DNA of 26,270 nt from a virus (IMGVR_UViG_3300046779_000104:1-26270); one strand, 5' to 3'. Positions 1 to 8,221 are shown, counted from the stretch's first letter. Notes: generated from the sequence alone by a model not told the origin. Made by a program: numbers and translations.

Positions 1-1
1 C

Positions 2-2260
2 CACAGTAACACCTTCACCATCACCACCAACACCGCCAGTGCTGATTCCAGCCATTGAGCCGTTCTGTGTTGCTGTTCTACCGTTCGTCGAGTTGCGGTT
101 CATTAGGCTGTAGCCTGCACCGCCACGGCCAGCAGCAGCCCCCTTGTAAGAAGGTGGGATGATGCTGCCTATGTTTGAAATTCCAGTGCTGAGTCCTGCA
201 CTGCTCGCTCCAGACACGGCGATGTTGCTTGCAAGCAAAGAACCTGAAGCGGCTTTTGGTGCACTGTTAACAGTTCCACCAGCCGAAACGCCTGAACCTA
301 GGTAAGGTCCTGGGTCAACCTTAGCGCCATTCTTTTTAAGTTCGAAGTGAAGGTGAGGTCCGCTTGAAAAGCCTGTGTTACCGCTCTGGGCGACTACTTC
401 GCCTTGAGCCACCTTCTGCCCGATACGGACGTTTGAAGAGTTTAGGTGGGCATACAAAGTAGAGAACCCATCAACGTGAGAAATCTCAATGTTGTTTCCG
501 TAAGAGCGAGAGCCGCTTCCAGAGCCAACAGCGACCACAGTACCCGCTGCGGCTGCTTTAACGGGAGTGCCTGTAGGTACACCGTAGTCAATAGCGTAGT
601 GACCGCTTGGGTGGAGTTCGTCTTTAGTTCCATACTTACAGGTGATTGGTCCATTGACAGGGTGGATTAGAGTAAATCCTCTACCGCCAGTGTTAGTTAC
701 TGACGCTCCTGTTACGGTTGAGTTTTCACCACCAGTAGCAAACCCGATACCGCCACCAATGAGGCCACCGATACCTGCGCCGATACCAGTACCGACACCT
801 GGGATAACGCTACCAATCATGGCACCGATACCTGCACCTGTAGTTGCTCCGCCTACCGCACTGCCTGCCCTGCTTTGAAGGCTGCCCTGCTCGGAATCTG
901 CCGCAATAAAGTCTCCTGCCACACCACCCGCTATAGAAAGACCTGCGGTTATGAGGCCGCCTTTAACACCCTTTTTAAAATTCTTTGTGACGCTTTCCTT
1001 CAGGTCAAACTTTTTACCTGCTCCAGCCAGTTTGGCACCAAGGTAACCCGTTCCTAGTGAGGTTAGAATGTCCCCCATTCCACTAAACATGTTTTGAACT
1101 CCTTGGGCTGCACCCGACATACCTGGGTCTTTAAGTGCTAAGTTAACACCAGCAACAAGTTGCGCCAAACCACCCATAGCCTCGATAGCGCCACGAACGC
1201 CTTGTTCAAACATTTCGACAGCAACAGCACCCTTTTTCATACCTTCAACGTAGTCGGCAGCGGCTGTTTGCATAGTTCCAGTAATAGAAGAACTTACATC
1301 GTTTGAAGGCTGTAGAGGGTTGTAGCCAACGATGCTCTGTATCTTCTTCATGTCGGCTGGGTCTTGCGAGAACATGTCTACGCCCTGAGCACCTAGTTGC
1401 AAGTAACTCTTAAACAGTTCCTGCTGACCAGCGTCTAGTCCAGAAGACTCGATAGCAGCCCCAAGCATACCGCCCTGGAGACCAGTGTTAATTTCTTCAA
1501 GAGAGAAGTTGTTAAGACCCATGCGGTTTTTAAGTCCGCTAAAGATTTGAGAAGGCGTACCACGTTCACCCGTGTTTGGGTTAGTTGTGAACAGGCCAAA
1601 GTTCTGCATAAGCGCAGAAGAAGTTCGTCCGCTAGTTAGCGAACCTAAAGCCATCGCTGCATCAGCGTTTGGCATGTTTATGTAGCGAGCAGCGTTAGCG
1701 ACGCTGGCGGTCAAAGCCTGGTATTGGCTTCCACCGACTAACTGCCCACTAGCACCAAGTTGCGCTTGGATACCGAAACTGGAAAGGATACTTCCAGTAA
1801 TCATGTCGCCACCAGGTTCGGTGATTCCACCCTTCATGTTAGTGAAGGTGGCTTTACCAACCTTGTTCCAGTCAGTTCCGCTAGTGATACCTACTTGGTA
1901 AGCGGCGGCGCTTCTAGCAGTTGTAGCCTCGACGTTAGGCATAGAGCCCAAAATGGCCGCACCAGCACCTGTAAGCATGTTCACAGCGCCCTGGAACACG
2001 CCCAACCTAGTCATCGTAGCGGCGGTGCTGTTAATCATGTCAGGAACATGGCCCAACGAGTTCGCCATGATGTTTCCACCAGACGAACCCAGCGCAAGTG
2101 CGCCAACACCAGCGTTAGTTACTTTAGTGCCAGTTCTGTTGGCGACAGTTCCTAGGGCGAGGTTAAGCCCTTGAGCACTGGTTGTGATTTGCTTAAGGAG
2201 GGTGTCCATCCTTGATAGCGCATTGTTCATCGCATCAAAGTCTTGTGTTACTTCAGACAC
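2..2260 (-). CDS. Tape-measure-like tail protein with glycine-zipper region and M23 peptidase domain (3'-partial, at least 753 aa)
   Basis: Not in the ORF track because there is no stop in the window. I read it manually from GTG at 2260 (MSEVTQDFDAMNNALSRMDTLLKQI...), and it stays open to the left edge. It has an Ala/Gly-rich helical body, a GAGIGAMIG..GAGIGGLIGGGIG zipper, then M23 motifs HYAID (His codon 601-599), YAHL and GPHLHFE (355-347). It lies directly after sheath-tube-chaperone. Confidence 0.88.
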   Translation of the reverse strand, partial: MSEVTQDFDAMNNALSRMDTLLKQITTSAQGLNLALGTVANRTGTKVTNAGVGALALGSSGGNIMANSLGHVPDMINSTAATMTRLGVFQGAVNMLTGAGAAILGSMPNVEATTARSAAAYQVGITSGTDWNKVGKATFTNMKGGITEPGGDMITGSILSSFGIQAQLGASGQLVGGSQYQALTASVANAARYINMPNADAAMALGSLTSGRTSSALMQNFGLFTTNPNTGERGTPSQIFSGLKNRMGLNNFSLEEINTGLQGGMLGAAIESSGLDAGQQELFKSYLQLGAQGVDMFSQDPADMKKIQSIVGYNPLQPSNDVSSSITGTMQTAAADYVEGMKKGAVAVEMFEQGVRGAIEAMGGLAQLVAGVNLALKDPGMSGAAQGVQNMFSGMGDILTSLGTGYLGAKLAGAGKKFDLKESVTKNFKKGVKGGLITAGLSIAGGVAGDFIAADSEQGSLQSRAGSAVGGATTGAGIGAMIGSVIPGVGTGIGAGIGGLIGGGIGFATGGENSTVTGASVTNTGGRGFTLIHPVNGPITCKYGTKDELHPSGHYAIDYGVPTGTPVKAAAAGTVVAVGSGSGSRSYGNNIEISHVDGFSTLYAHLNSSNVRIGQKVAQGEVVAQSGNTGFSSGPHLHFELKKNGAKVDPGPYLGSGVSAGGTVNSAPKAASGSLLASNIAVSGASSAGLSTGISNIGSIIPPSYKGAAAGRGGAGYSLMNRNSTNGRTATQNGSMAGISTGGVGGDGEGVTV

Positions 2261-2391
2261 TAGCCGTTCACAACCTTTCCATACTCTCGGGCTACCTCTA
2301 GCCAGTTTTGGCGTTCTCTAGGAGTTAATTCTTTAATCTCCGTTAGAGTCCACCCTTTAAAACTTTTAGTTAATGCAAGCCAGTCCCGCAT
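2260..2391 (-). CDS. Short ORF resembling the C-terminal (gpT/gpE'-like) part of a tail assembly chaperone; probably expressed by +1 frameshift from the upstream gene
   Basis: Manual translation MRDWLALTKSFKGWTLTEIKELTPRERQNWLEVAREYGKVVNG*. The W-T-x2-E-I-x2-L-x3-E-R-x2-W pattern is typical of this position. Its TAG overlaps the tape-measure GTG, there is no obvious SD, and the frame is open from about 2451. Confidence 0.75.
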   Translation of the reverse strand: MRDWLALTKSFKGWTLTEIKELTPRERQNWLEVAREYGKVVNG

Positions 2392-2413
2392 CAAACCGTT
2401 GTAGTTCGTTACG

Positions 2414-3226
2414 TTAGAACCGAAACAGGGTCCCGAGATTAATCGGAACCGCTACCTCGCTTTCGCAATCAGGGCATGTCACAGACAAGTTACCGAACTG
2501 TGGCCCAACATTACGCTTAGCGATTTCTTCAACAATGTCTCGACGGTCGAGAACACTGAGAGCCTGCACCTGCTGCTTAGTGATTACTGGTCGCCCGTTA
2601 ATCTCTAGAACAGTCTGCTCCAAAAGAATGGTTGTCTGCTCAGCAACCGTGTAGTCGTCATTAGCAAGCAGTTTCTTCTGGGTTGCACCTGTAGGGAGGG
2701 TTACAAGAAACTCGTTCTTCTTTCCCCTGACCATGAAGGTGCGGTCTTCGTCTGGGTTCAACATGACTTTGCGCTTGATGTCAGCGTCAACATCAATCTG
2801 AACAGTCTTCAAGTCCCTACAACCATTGCAGTAGGCACCTAGTTCTGCTTCATTACCAAAAGTGGATTTGAAGATTCCCAGTAGAAGTTCGTCACGGTCA
2901 CCGATGAGGAGGTCATCGAGCATCTGCTCAGTTGGCTTTACGCCGCCTAGGCTCACCGTAGCACGGCTAAGAATGGTGTTAAACACCTTAGACGCACCGT
3001 TGGCTTTAGCGATGGCTTCCTCGTCCTTACCGTTAAGTTCACGTACCTCAGCGGTTCTGACAATCTCCCCGTCGGCGTTAATAAAACCGCCAGGGAGATT
3101 GACAGACCCATCTGAAGGAGGAGTGATTTTTGCTGGTTCGATTGTTTCTTCTTGGCTGGTTGCCTGAGCAATCAGGTCGTTTGCCAAGGTCGCATTGTTT
3201 GCCGCTTTTAGTACTTGTTCTGCCAT
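2414..3226 (-). CDS. Tail assembly chaperone / baseplate-hub assembly-like protein (270 aa)
   Basis: Sits between tube and tape measure. It has VRELNGKDEE and L-x-x-G-D-R-D-x-L-L motifs, two CxxC pairs (CNGC, CPDC) and an AAGGA SD. Confidence 0.78.
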   Translation of the reverse strand: MAEQVLKAANNATLANDLIAQATSQEETIEPAKITPPSDGSVNLPGGFINADGEIVRTAEVRELNGKDEEAIAKANGASKVFNTILSRATVSLGGVKPTEQMLDDLLIGDRDELLLGIFKSTFGNEAELGAYCNGCRDLKTVQIDVDADIKRKVMLNPDEDRTFMVRGKKNEFLVTLPTGATQKKLLANDDYTVAEQTTILLEQTVLEINGRPVITKQQVQALSVLDRRDIVEEIAKRNVGPQFGNLSVTCPDCESEVAVPINLGTLFRF

Positions 3227-3250
3227 GTTATTTTCCTTTTGATGTTGTTA

Positions 3251-3931
3251 TTAGTCGGTGAAGGCTGGTGCGCTGTCGATTAGGTTGTCTGCCCAACGAA
3301 TGTCGAAACCTTCGTGAACGATAGACATCTGCTCTACTAGGATAGCGTTGTCACCTGCGTTTAGGTCCGAGTAAGCAAGTGCGCTAATCCAGGCGTTGTA
3401 CACCTTGAAACGCATTGCTACGTGGTCTTCCTGCGTACCGCTAGTGTCGTAGGCATCGACCGAACCATCGGCAGCCCCTGTGGCGCTCTGCTTACCAGTC
3501 GAAGCAACAGGGTGAGAAAGAACATCAATCTCAATGTCGCAACGGAAGTTCTCAGGTAGCGAACGAGTTGTCGAACCCTGAACTGTCTGGAACAGTTGGC
3601 GCATCCAGTTGTAGTTCTGGCTTGAACCTAGAAGCACACCACGCTGAAGCGAGATAGGTGCAAACGAGGTCTGACCAGGAATCTGGTGAACAGTGGTGTT
3701 GTAGCCACCTTCACGGTAAGGGATAGACTCAGTCGAAACTGCCATACCCGAAACCGATGTGAAACCAAAGGTAGCAGTGGTCAACTTCTTGGCCCAACCA
3801 CTGATGTCGTTAGCACCACCAGTCGCTCCACCTGGGATGCTGATTGTCTGAGGAATGAAACGAACCAAGAAACGGAAGTTTCTTAACGGGTCAGTCGCAA
3901 TCGTCGAACGGTTGTTGATAATAGTAGCCAT
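3251..3931 (-). CDS. Tail tube protein (T4 gp19-like / CIS tube type)
   Basis: Motifs DPLRNFRFLV, GFTSVSGM, E-x-I-x-YREGG, IPG, ISLQRG and C-terminal HEG; follows the sheath gene. Confidence 0.9.
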   Translation of the reverse strand: MATIINNRSTIATDPLRNFRFLVRFIPQTISIPGGATGGANDISGWAKKLTTATFGFTSVSGMAVSTESIPYREGGYNTTVHQIPGQTSFAPISLQRGVLLGSSQNYNWMRQLFQTVQGSTTRSLPENFRCDIEIDVLSHPVASTGKQSATGAADGSVDAYDTSGTQEDHVAMRFKVYNAWISALAYSDLNAGDNAILVEQMSIVHEGFDIRWADNLIDSAPAFTD

Positions 3932-3949
3932 TGTTTATTTCTCCTTCGG

Positions 3950-5524
3950 TTACTGGCCAGTGATTTGGCTGAGGTTAATCACTACGAACTCGGCAGGGTA
4001 CTCAAGAGCAACACCCACTGAGATGTTTACCTGACCAGCCTGAATGCTTGCAGGTGTGTTGTTCTCTTCGTCAACCTTAATCCAGTAAGCCTGTGGGGCA
4101 CTGTTGCCCTTCAGACCACCCTGGTTACGGTATTCGTTCAAGAAAACGCTGATGGTGGTGCGGAGTTGCGCCCACAACTTGTAGTCGTTGTTCTGGAAAA
4201 CAGCAAACTGAGTGATGTTCTCCAACTGCTTCTTGATGTAGATAAGCGAACGACGAGTGTTGACGTAACGGTTAGCAGTACCATCCTGTAGAAGAGTACG
4301 GCCACCCATAACCACGATGCCTGCACCTGGAACGTTGCGGATTGCGTTGATTGGGCTACCAATCGTTCCGTCGTTGTTTCCAGTGTTCAGTGCGTCTAGG
4401 TCACCTGGGGTGAATGCACGCTCAAGCGAAACTGCGCCACGAATGGTAGAGCCAGTTCCTGCTGGAGTCTTGAATGGACCAAATGCCTTGTCGGTGGCTA
4501 GGAACAGACCTGCTACTGCAGATGCAGGACCAACCTTACGCAGAGCCTGACGGCTGCGACCTAGTGGGTCAGCAATGAAGTAGTTCGGGTAGTACGCTGC
4601 ACCATGCGATGAAGCCACCAAACCGTTTGCGTAAGTCAGCGCATCTGCAACGCTTAGCGATGGTGCAGTGTCTACAACAGCGAAACCGTTGTTGGCTGCT
4701 GCCCAGTTAATCATTGCGGTGTGCACAGTGTCTAGCGAAGTGCCTGGGGTGCCATCTGCATCGTAAACAAACTTGGTGTACAGTTCAGGTGCGAACAGTA
4801 CTAGCGGACGGTCGATGACATCCAGCGGCGAGGTGCCGTCGGTAGCCAATAGGTCCGAGTAGTCTGCAGCAACCAGAGTACCGCCGTCGCTTCCGCCTGT
4901 TAGAGGAAGTACAGCGTCGATTGCCTGAACTGCTGGAGTTAGTTCGTTGTCGGTGATTGTGATGGTGATGTAGTTAGACGAGTTGTTAACTACAGTAGCC
5001 ACGTAGTCACCTGAAGTGATGTCATCAAACACAACGTTGGTGAAAGACTCAACAAGAACGTCGTTTGTTCCGTTGTCGTCGTTGGTGCCAACTAGGTTTG
5101 TTGATACCTCTTCGTAGACGTAAAGGTTGAACACACCGCCGAAAGCAGCAGTGATTTGAACACGGAGGTTATTGCCACCTAGACCACGGTTAAGTGCGGT
5201 GACTGTACCTAGGTTGGTTGCTTCTGTGGTTGACGGAAGGTCAACTGTGGCGAAGTCAGCAGTGCTCGAAAGAACACGCTTGACGTAAAGTTCTGAACCA
5301 CCATTGATAAAGAACTGGTTGATTCCGAAAGTAGCAGGGAAGGCTGCGTTGTAGCCACCGAACTTCTGAGCGAAATCGTACCAAGAGGTCACGAGCGTTA
5401 CCGCTTCAGGACCCTTAGCGAAAGCACCAAGAGCGGCACCAGCGGCGTTAGCCACACCAGCGGACGCTACTGGAGCAGGAAGTAGAGTTTCACTTACGTA
5501 AACTCCAGGACGACTGTAAGTCAT
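3950..5524 (-). CDS. Contractile tail sheath protein
   Basis: N-terminal PGVYVSE and GAFAKGP, C-terminal GGRTL, RYVNTRR and PAEFVVI; SD TAAGGAG. Confidence 0.95.
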   Translation of the reverse strand: MTYSRPGVYVSETLLPAPVASAGVANAAGAALGAFAKGPEAVTLVTSWYDFAQKFGGYNAAFPATFGINQFFINGGSELYVKRVLSSTADFATVDLPSTTEATNLGTVTALNRGLGGNNLRVQITAAFGGVFNLYVYEEVSTNLVGTNDDNGTNDVLVESFTNVVFDDITSGDYVATVVNNSSNYITITITDNELTPAVQAIDAVLPLTGGSDGGTLVAADYSDLLATDGTSPLDVIDRPLVLFAPELYTKFVYDADGTPGTSLDTVHTAMINWAAANNGFAVVDTAPSLSVADALTYANGLVASSHGAAYYPNYFIADPLGRSRQALRKVGPASAVAGLFLATDKAFGPFKTPAGTGSTIRGAVSLERAFTPGDLDALNTGNNDGTIGSPINAIRNVPGAGIVVMGGRTLLQDGTANRYVNTRRSLIYIKKQLENITQFAVFQNNDYKLWAQLRTTISVFLNEYRNQGGLKGNSAPQAYWIKVDEENNTPASIQAGQVNISVGVALEYPAEFVVINLSQITGQ

Positions 5525-5563
5525 TTTTCTCCTTAGTAGTTGATTGTTTTCTGAAGGTACCGT

Positions 5564-6199
5564 TTAAAGGGCAGGATTGTTTTCTGTAATAGTTGTTGCA
5601 ACAGTTTGTACGGGAAATAGTGCTCTGAACTGTCCCTGTGCGATTTCGCTAGAAACTCGAACAGTTACGGCGTTGACAAACAAACGTTTGCCTTGTTCTG
5701 TGACATCTCTTTTGGAGACATCCATAACCTCTAAGCGTCGAACTGTGTTGTCGTCTAGCGTCAACTGTCCGAAGCGTAAAGGAAGTTTGCTGTACATGAG
5801 TTGGCTTAGCAACTCTCTGTCGTGTCGTGGGTGACGGGAGTAAGTAGTGATTTGGTAGTCAATCATTACAGGGATTGGCATCTCTACTTCAAAGTCGTGA
5901 ATTGTAGGGTCAAACGCAACAGCGTTGCCGTCAGCGTCCACAACTCTGTCTGGAGCCAAGTACGCACCAAGTTCGTCATAGTGAACTAGTCCACGCATTT
6001 CTCGGGCCGAGTCACGCATCACGTCAACCATGTCGATGGTGATGAAAGGGAAAATCTGTGCACGGATTTCCTGGTCAGGCTGACCAAACCAAACACCAAC
6101 CTGACGTGGGGTTGCCACGCCGTCAGCCTTCTGGTCGTGAACGATAATTCCCTGAAGGTTCTCTCTAAGAGCCTTGTCTTCGGATAGCAAAAACGTCAT
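5564..6199 (-). CDS. Probable tail terminator / sheath-stabilising protein
   Basis: Immediately upstream of the sheath; FPFITID and IDYQITTYSR strands resemble tail-terminator (Pvc16/gp15-like) proteins. Function is inferred mainly from position. Confidence 0.6.
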   Translation of the reverse strand: MTFLLSEDKALRENLQGIIVHDQKADGVATPRQVGVWFGQPDQEIRAQIFPFITIDMVDVMRDSAREMRGLVHYDELGAYLAPDRVVDADGNAVAFDPTIHDFEVEMPIPVMIDYQITTYSRHPRHDRELLSQLMYSKLPLRFGQLTLDDNTVRRLEVMDVSKRDVTEQGKRLFVNAVTVRVSSEIAQGQFRALFPVQTVATTITENNPAL

Positions 6200-6507
6200 T
6201 AGAATCCCTTCCAGTGATTGTTCATTGCCATAGTGAAAGCCTGCTTAGCCATTAGTGGGTCGTTTGCATACTTGCGGATGGTCGCCTTAGGACGGCTTTG
6301 AGTGTTACCGTACTCGTGAACAAACGCACGCTCTTGGTAATCAGGGTGAATTTTCGTTGAGAACTTATTGCCCTCGTAGACGACGCTCATGTTAGCGACA
6401 ACGTCTTCGTCCCAGCCATCATTAAGGGCGTGGTGACGCAACTGGCTCGTCATAAAACGAGCGGTGTCGTGCGCTGCTTTCTGCGATGCCTTGACTATCT
6501 TCTTCAC
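6199..6507 (-). CDS. Probable neck / tail completion protein
   Basis: AFVHEYGN..RPKATIR resembles the 'xEYGT..P..R' motif of HK97-gp10-like completion proteins; coupled by a TAATG overlap. Confidence 0.5.
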   Translation of the reverse strand: MKKIVKASQKAAHDTARFMTSQLRHHALNDGWDEDVVANMSVVYEGNKFSTKIHPDYQERAFVHEYGNTQSRPKATIRKYANDPLMAKQAFTMAMNNHWKGF

Positions 6508-6689
6508 TTCTTATTGCCTGTACGCTTGGCGATTGTTCCGCCAACGTAGCCAGCAATTACAGCGTAAAGAATACCTTTATCCATACCTGGTTTGGCTCCA
6601 CCAATGCCACGGATAAACTCTGCACGTTCGGCAGGTGTGGCATAGTCGGACACTTTCATCCACCATGGTTTGTAGTCTTTGGACGACAT
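6504..6689 (-). CDS. Small hypothetical protein with a C-terminal hydrophobic segment (61 aa)
   Basis: Start revised to ATG 6689 (AAGGA SD upstream). ILYAVIAGYVGGTIA is followed by a basic tail; ATGA overlap with the next gene. Confidence 0.6.
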   Translation of the reverse strand: MSSKDYKPWWMKVSDYATPAERAEFIRGIGGAKPGMDKGILYAVIAGYVGGTIAKRTGNKK

Positions 6690-6758
6690 CGCAAAATCCT
6701 TTTTCAAGGCGCAGGGCTACGTTAGTAGGCAGGAATCCGCACGGATACCTACTCTCTA

Positions 6759-6788
6759 AGGGTAAAAGAAAAGCCAGCACTTGGCTGG
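6759..6788 (-). promoter_or_regulatory. Candidate late promoter CCAGCCA-N17-TACCCT for the tail operon
   Basis: One of five intergenic matches with identical 17-nt spacing; overlaps the terminator hairpin. Confidence 0.5.
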
Positions 6789-6790
6789 CT
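6764..6790 (-). terminator. Intrinsic terminator closing the basic micro-ORF cassette
   Basis: Minus strand AGCCAGC-CAAGT-GCTGGCT followed by TTTCTTTT. Confidence 0.75.
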
Positions 6791-6810
6791 AAACTTTTGT
6801 TTGTGTAGGA

Positions 6811-7107
6811 TTACTTGCGCTTCTTGGCGGCCTCACGCTTATCTTCACGCTTCTCACCTGCTTTGCCCTCACGCTTCTCGTGAGCAGCGTGCTTAGCCTT
6901 GATGCCCTTGATAATCTTGGCGTCAATCTTCTTGTCTTCAGCCATAGTGCGTGGCTTCTTCTTGGCACCGTGAGCGTCGTCAGCCTTCTTGAAAGCCTTC
7001 TTCTCATCCTTCTCCGTTAGACCAGCCTTACGGAGCATCGCTGCATCCTTCTTCTTGTCCTTGGCTTCGGTGTACTTGCCTTTTTCGTATGCTGGTTTAC
7101 TTGCCAT
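6811..7107 (-). CDS. Very Lys-rich small protein (98 aa)
   Basis: 29 Lys in 98 aa by manual count; SD GAGGAG. Confidence 0.8.
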   Translation of the reverse strand: MASKPAYEKGKYTEAKDKKKDAAMLRKAGLTEKDEKKAFKKADDAHGAKKKPRTMAEDKKIDAKIIKGIKAKHAAHEKREGKAGEKREDKREAAKKRK

Positions 7108-7270
7108 TTTGGCTCCTCATCTTTCCTTCTGAGTTCTTGCGACGAGCCGATAGGCTTTGGTCACGCTTCATGTTTGGGTTTTTTAAAGTTACCTTTGGAA
7201 CCTTAGGAACGTTTAGTTTTGTTGACGGACCTTTTGGTTTTAGAGGCTGCTTTGGTTTGGGTACTGGCAT
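7097..7270 (-). CDS. Lys/Pro-rich micro-protein (57 aa)
   Basis: Not in the track. Manual translation MPVPKPKQPLKPKGPSTKLNVPKVPKVTLKNPNMKRDQSLSARRKNSEGKMRSQNGK*. AGGAAAG upstream; fills the gap and overlaps the next start. Confidence 0.6.
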   Translation of the reverse strand: MPVPKPKQPLKPKGPSTKLNVPKVPKVTLKNPNMKRDQSLSARRKNSEGKMRSQNGK

Positions 7271-7559
7271 TGCTCTTCTTTCCTGCTCTCCGCTGGTTTT
7301 CTTTAGCCACGTTCTTGCTGTGGCTTATAGCCTGCAGGTTTGATGAGCGGTCATCTCCTGCACGGCCTTTATTGTTCTTGTGGTCAACATCGGTATCCTT
7401 GGACAGTTTACCATTCTTAGACTCATAGTCTGCACGAGCCTTGTTCTTAGAAGTGGTTTTCCAGGTGCCGTCAGCCTGCTTAGTCTTGTAAACGTAGATA
7501 GGACGCCCACCGTTAGCGGCAGACCCCTTGTATGGTCCAAACTTCTTAGTCTCAGCCAT
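7203..7559 (-). CDS. Basic HNH-endonuclease-like protein (118 aa)
   Basis: Start revised to ATG 7559 (MAETKKFGPY). Motif DVDHKNN...DDRSSNLQAISHSKN matches the HNH/HNN beta-beta-alpha pattern. Confidence 0.72.
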   Translation of the reverse strand: MAETKKFGPYKGSAANGGRPIYVYKTKQADGTWKTTSKNKARADYESKNGKLSKDTDVDHKNNKGRAGDDRSSNLQAISHSKNVAKENQRRAGKKSNASTQTKAASKTKRSVNKTKRS

Positions 7560-7791
7560 TTTTCCTGCGCCCCTTCTTACCAATTTCTGGGTGTTCCTTG
7601 TGATACTTCTTAGTAGCGGCAACACCTTGAGCCACGGTTTTTGAGCCTGCAAGTTTGGTTAGGTTCATACGTTCCTTTTTACCAGACTTGCTGTTTTGCT
7701 CAACAATGATGTCGCCCTTATTACCAGCACCACGGTCTTCTTTTTTCTTTGTGACCTTGTGCTTCAATCCACCTGCAGTAACTTTAGTCAT
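7552..7791 (-). CDS. Lys-rich small hypothetical protein (79 aa)
   Basis: TAATG-coupled to the upstream gene; strongly basic. Confidence 0.75.
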   Translation of the reverse strand: MTKVTAGGLKHKVTKKKEDRGAGNKGDIIVEQNSKSGKKERMNLTKLAGSKTVAQGVAATKKYHKEHPEIGKKGRRKNG

Positions 7792-8033
7792 TAGCGGTGC
7801 CTCGCAGTCTTCTTAGCAATCTTCTTAGGTTGAGCAACAAACTGCTTACCAGGCTTGCCGCCATCGCCCTTAGCCTTTGCACGGTTAGTGGCTTTCTTTT
7901 CAGCAGGAGTCAACGACTTCCACGCCTTCTCAGGAAGGTAGCGCTTTTTACCCTCAGACGGTTTACCATCCGAGGTTGTCCACTTTTCCTTAGTCCACTT
8001 GTCCAGTGACTGCTGAGATTTTGCTTTAGCCAT
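7791..8033 (-). CDS. Basic protein resembling the C-terminal half of DUF5872-type proteins (80 aa)
   Basis: SQQSLDKWTKEKW, RYLPEKAWKSL, GKQFV; family name recalled, not searched. Confidence 0.72.
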   Translation of the reverse strand: MAKAKSQQSLDKWTKEKWTTSDGKPSEGKKRYLPEKAWKSLTPAEKKATNRAKAKGDGGKPGKQFVAQPKKIAKKTARHR

Positions 8034-8221
8034 TAGTTCTTGTAACCTCCGCCAGCCTTCTTGTATTCAGAAGCCAACAGTTGTGCTTTACGTGCCGACC
8101 ACTCGCCAGGGTCTCCACCCTTAGAGCCAGCCTTAATCTTGTTGAATAGTTGCTTACGAAGGGCAGGCTTGGTGTAGTTACCTGCTTCGTTTACTCGAGA
8201 CTTAGACTTCTTTTCAGCCAT
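8033..8221 (-). CDS. Basic protein resembling the N-terminal half of DUF5872-type proteins (62 aa)
   Basis: Start revised to ATG 8221. NYTKPALRK..KGGDPGEWSARKAQLLASEYKKAGGGY; family name recalled, not searched. Confidence 0.72.
   Translation of the reverse strand: MAEKKSKSRVNEAGNYTKPALRKQLFNKIKAGSKGGDPGEWSARKAQLLASEYKKAGGGYKN

Noticed and set aside
2400-2440. Canonical -1 frameshift or stop read-through in the tail chaperone
   Set aside because: There is no X XXY YYZ heptamer at the gene end, the -1 frame stops almost at once, and read-through ends after 15 codons.
2260-6199. Stand-alone tailocin or eCIS locus
   Set aside because: Terminase, portal, scaffold and capsid genes are in the same gene cluster, so this is a phage.
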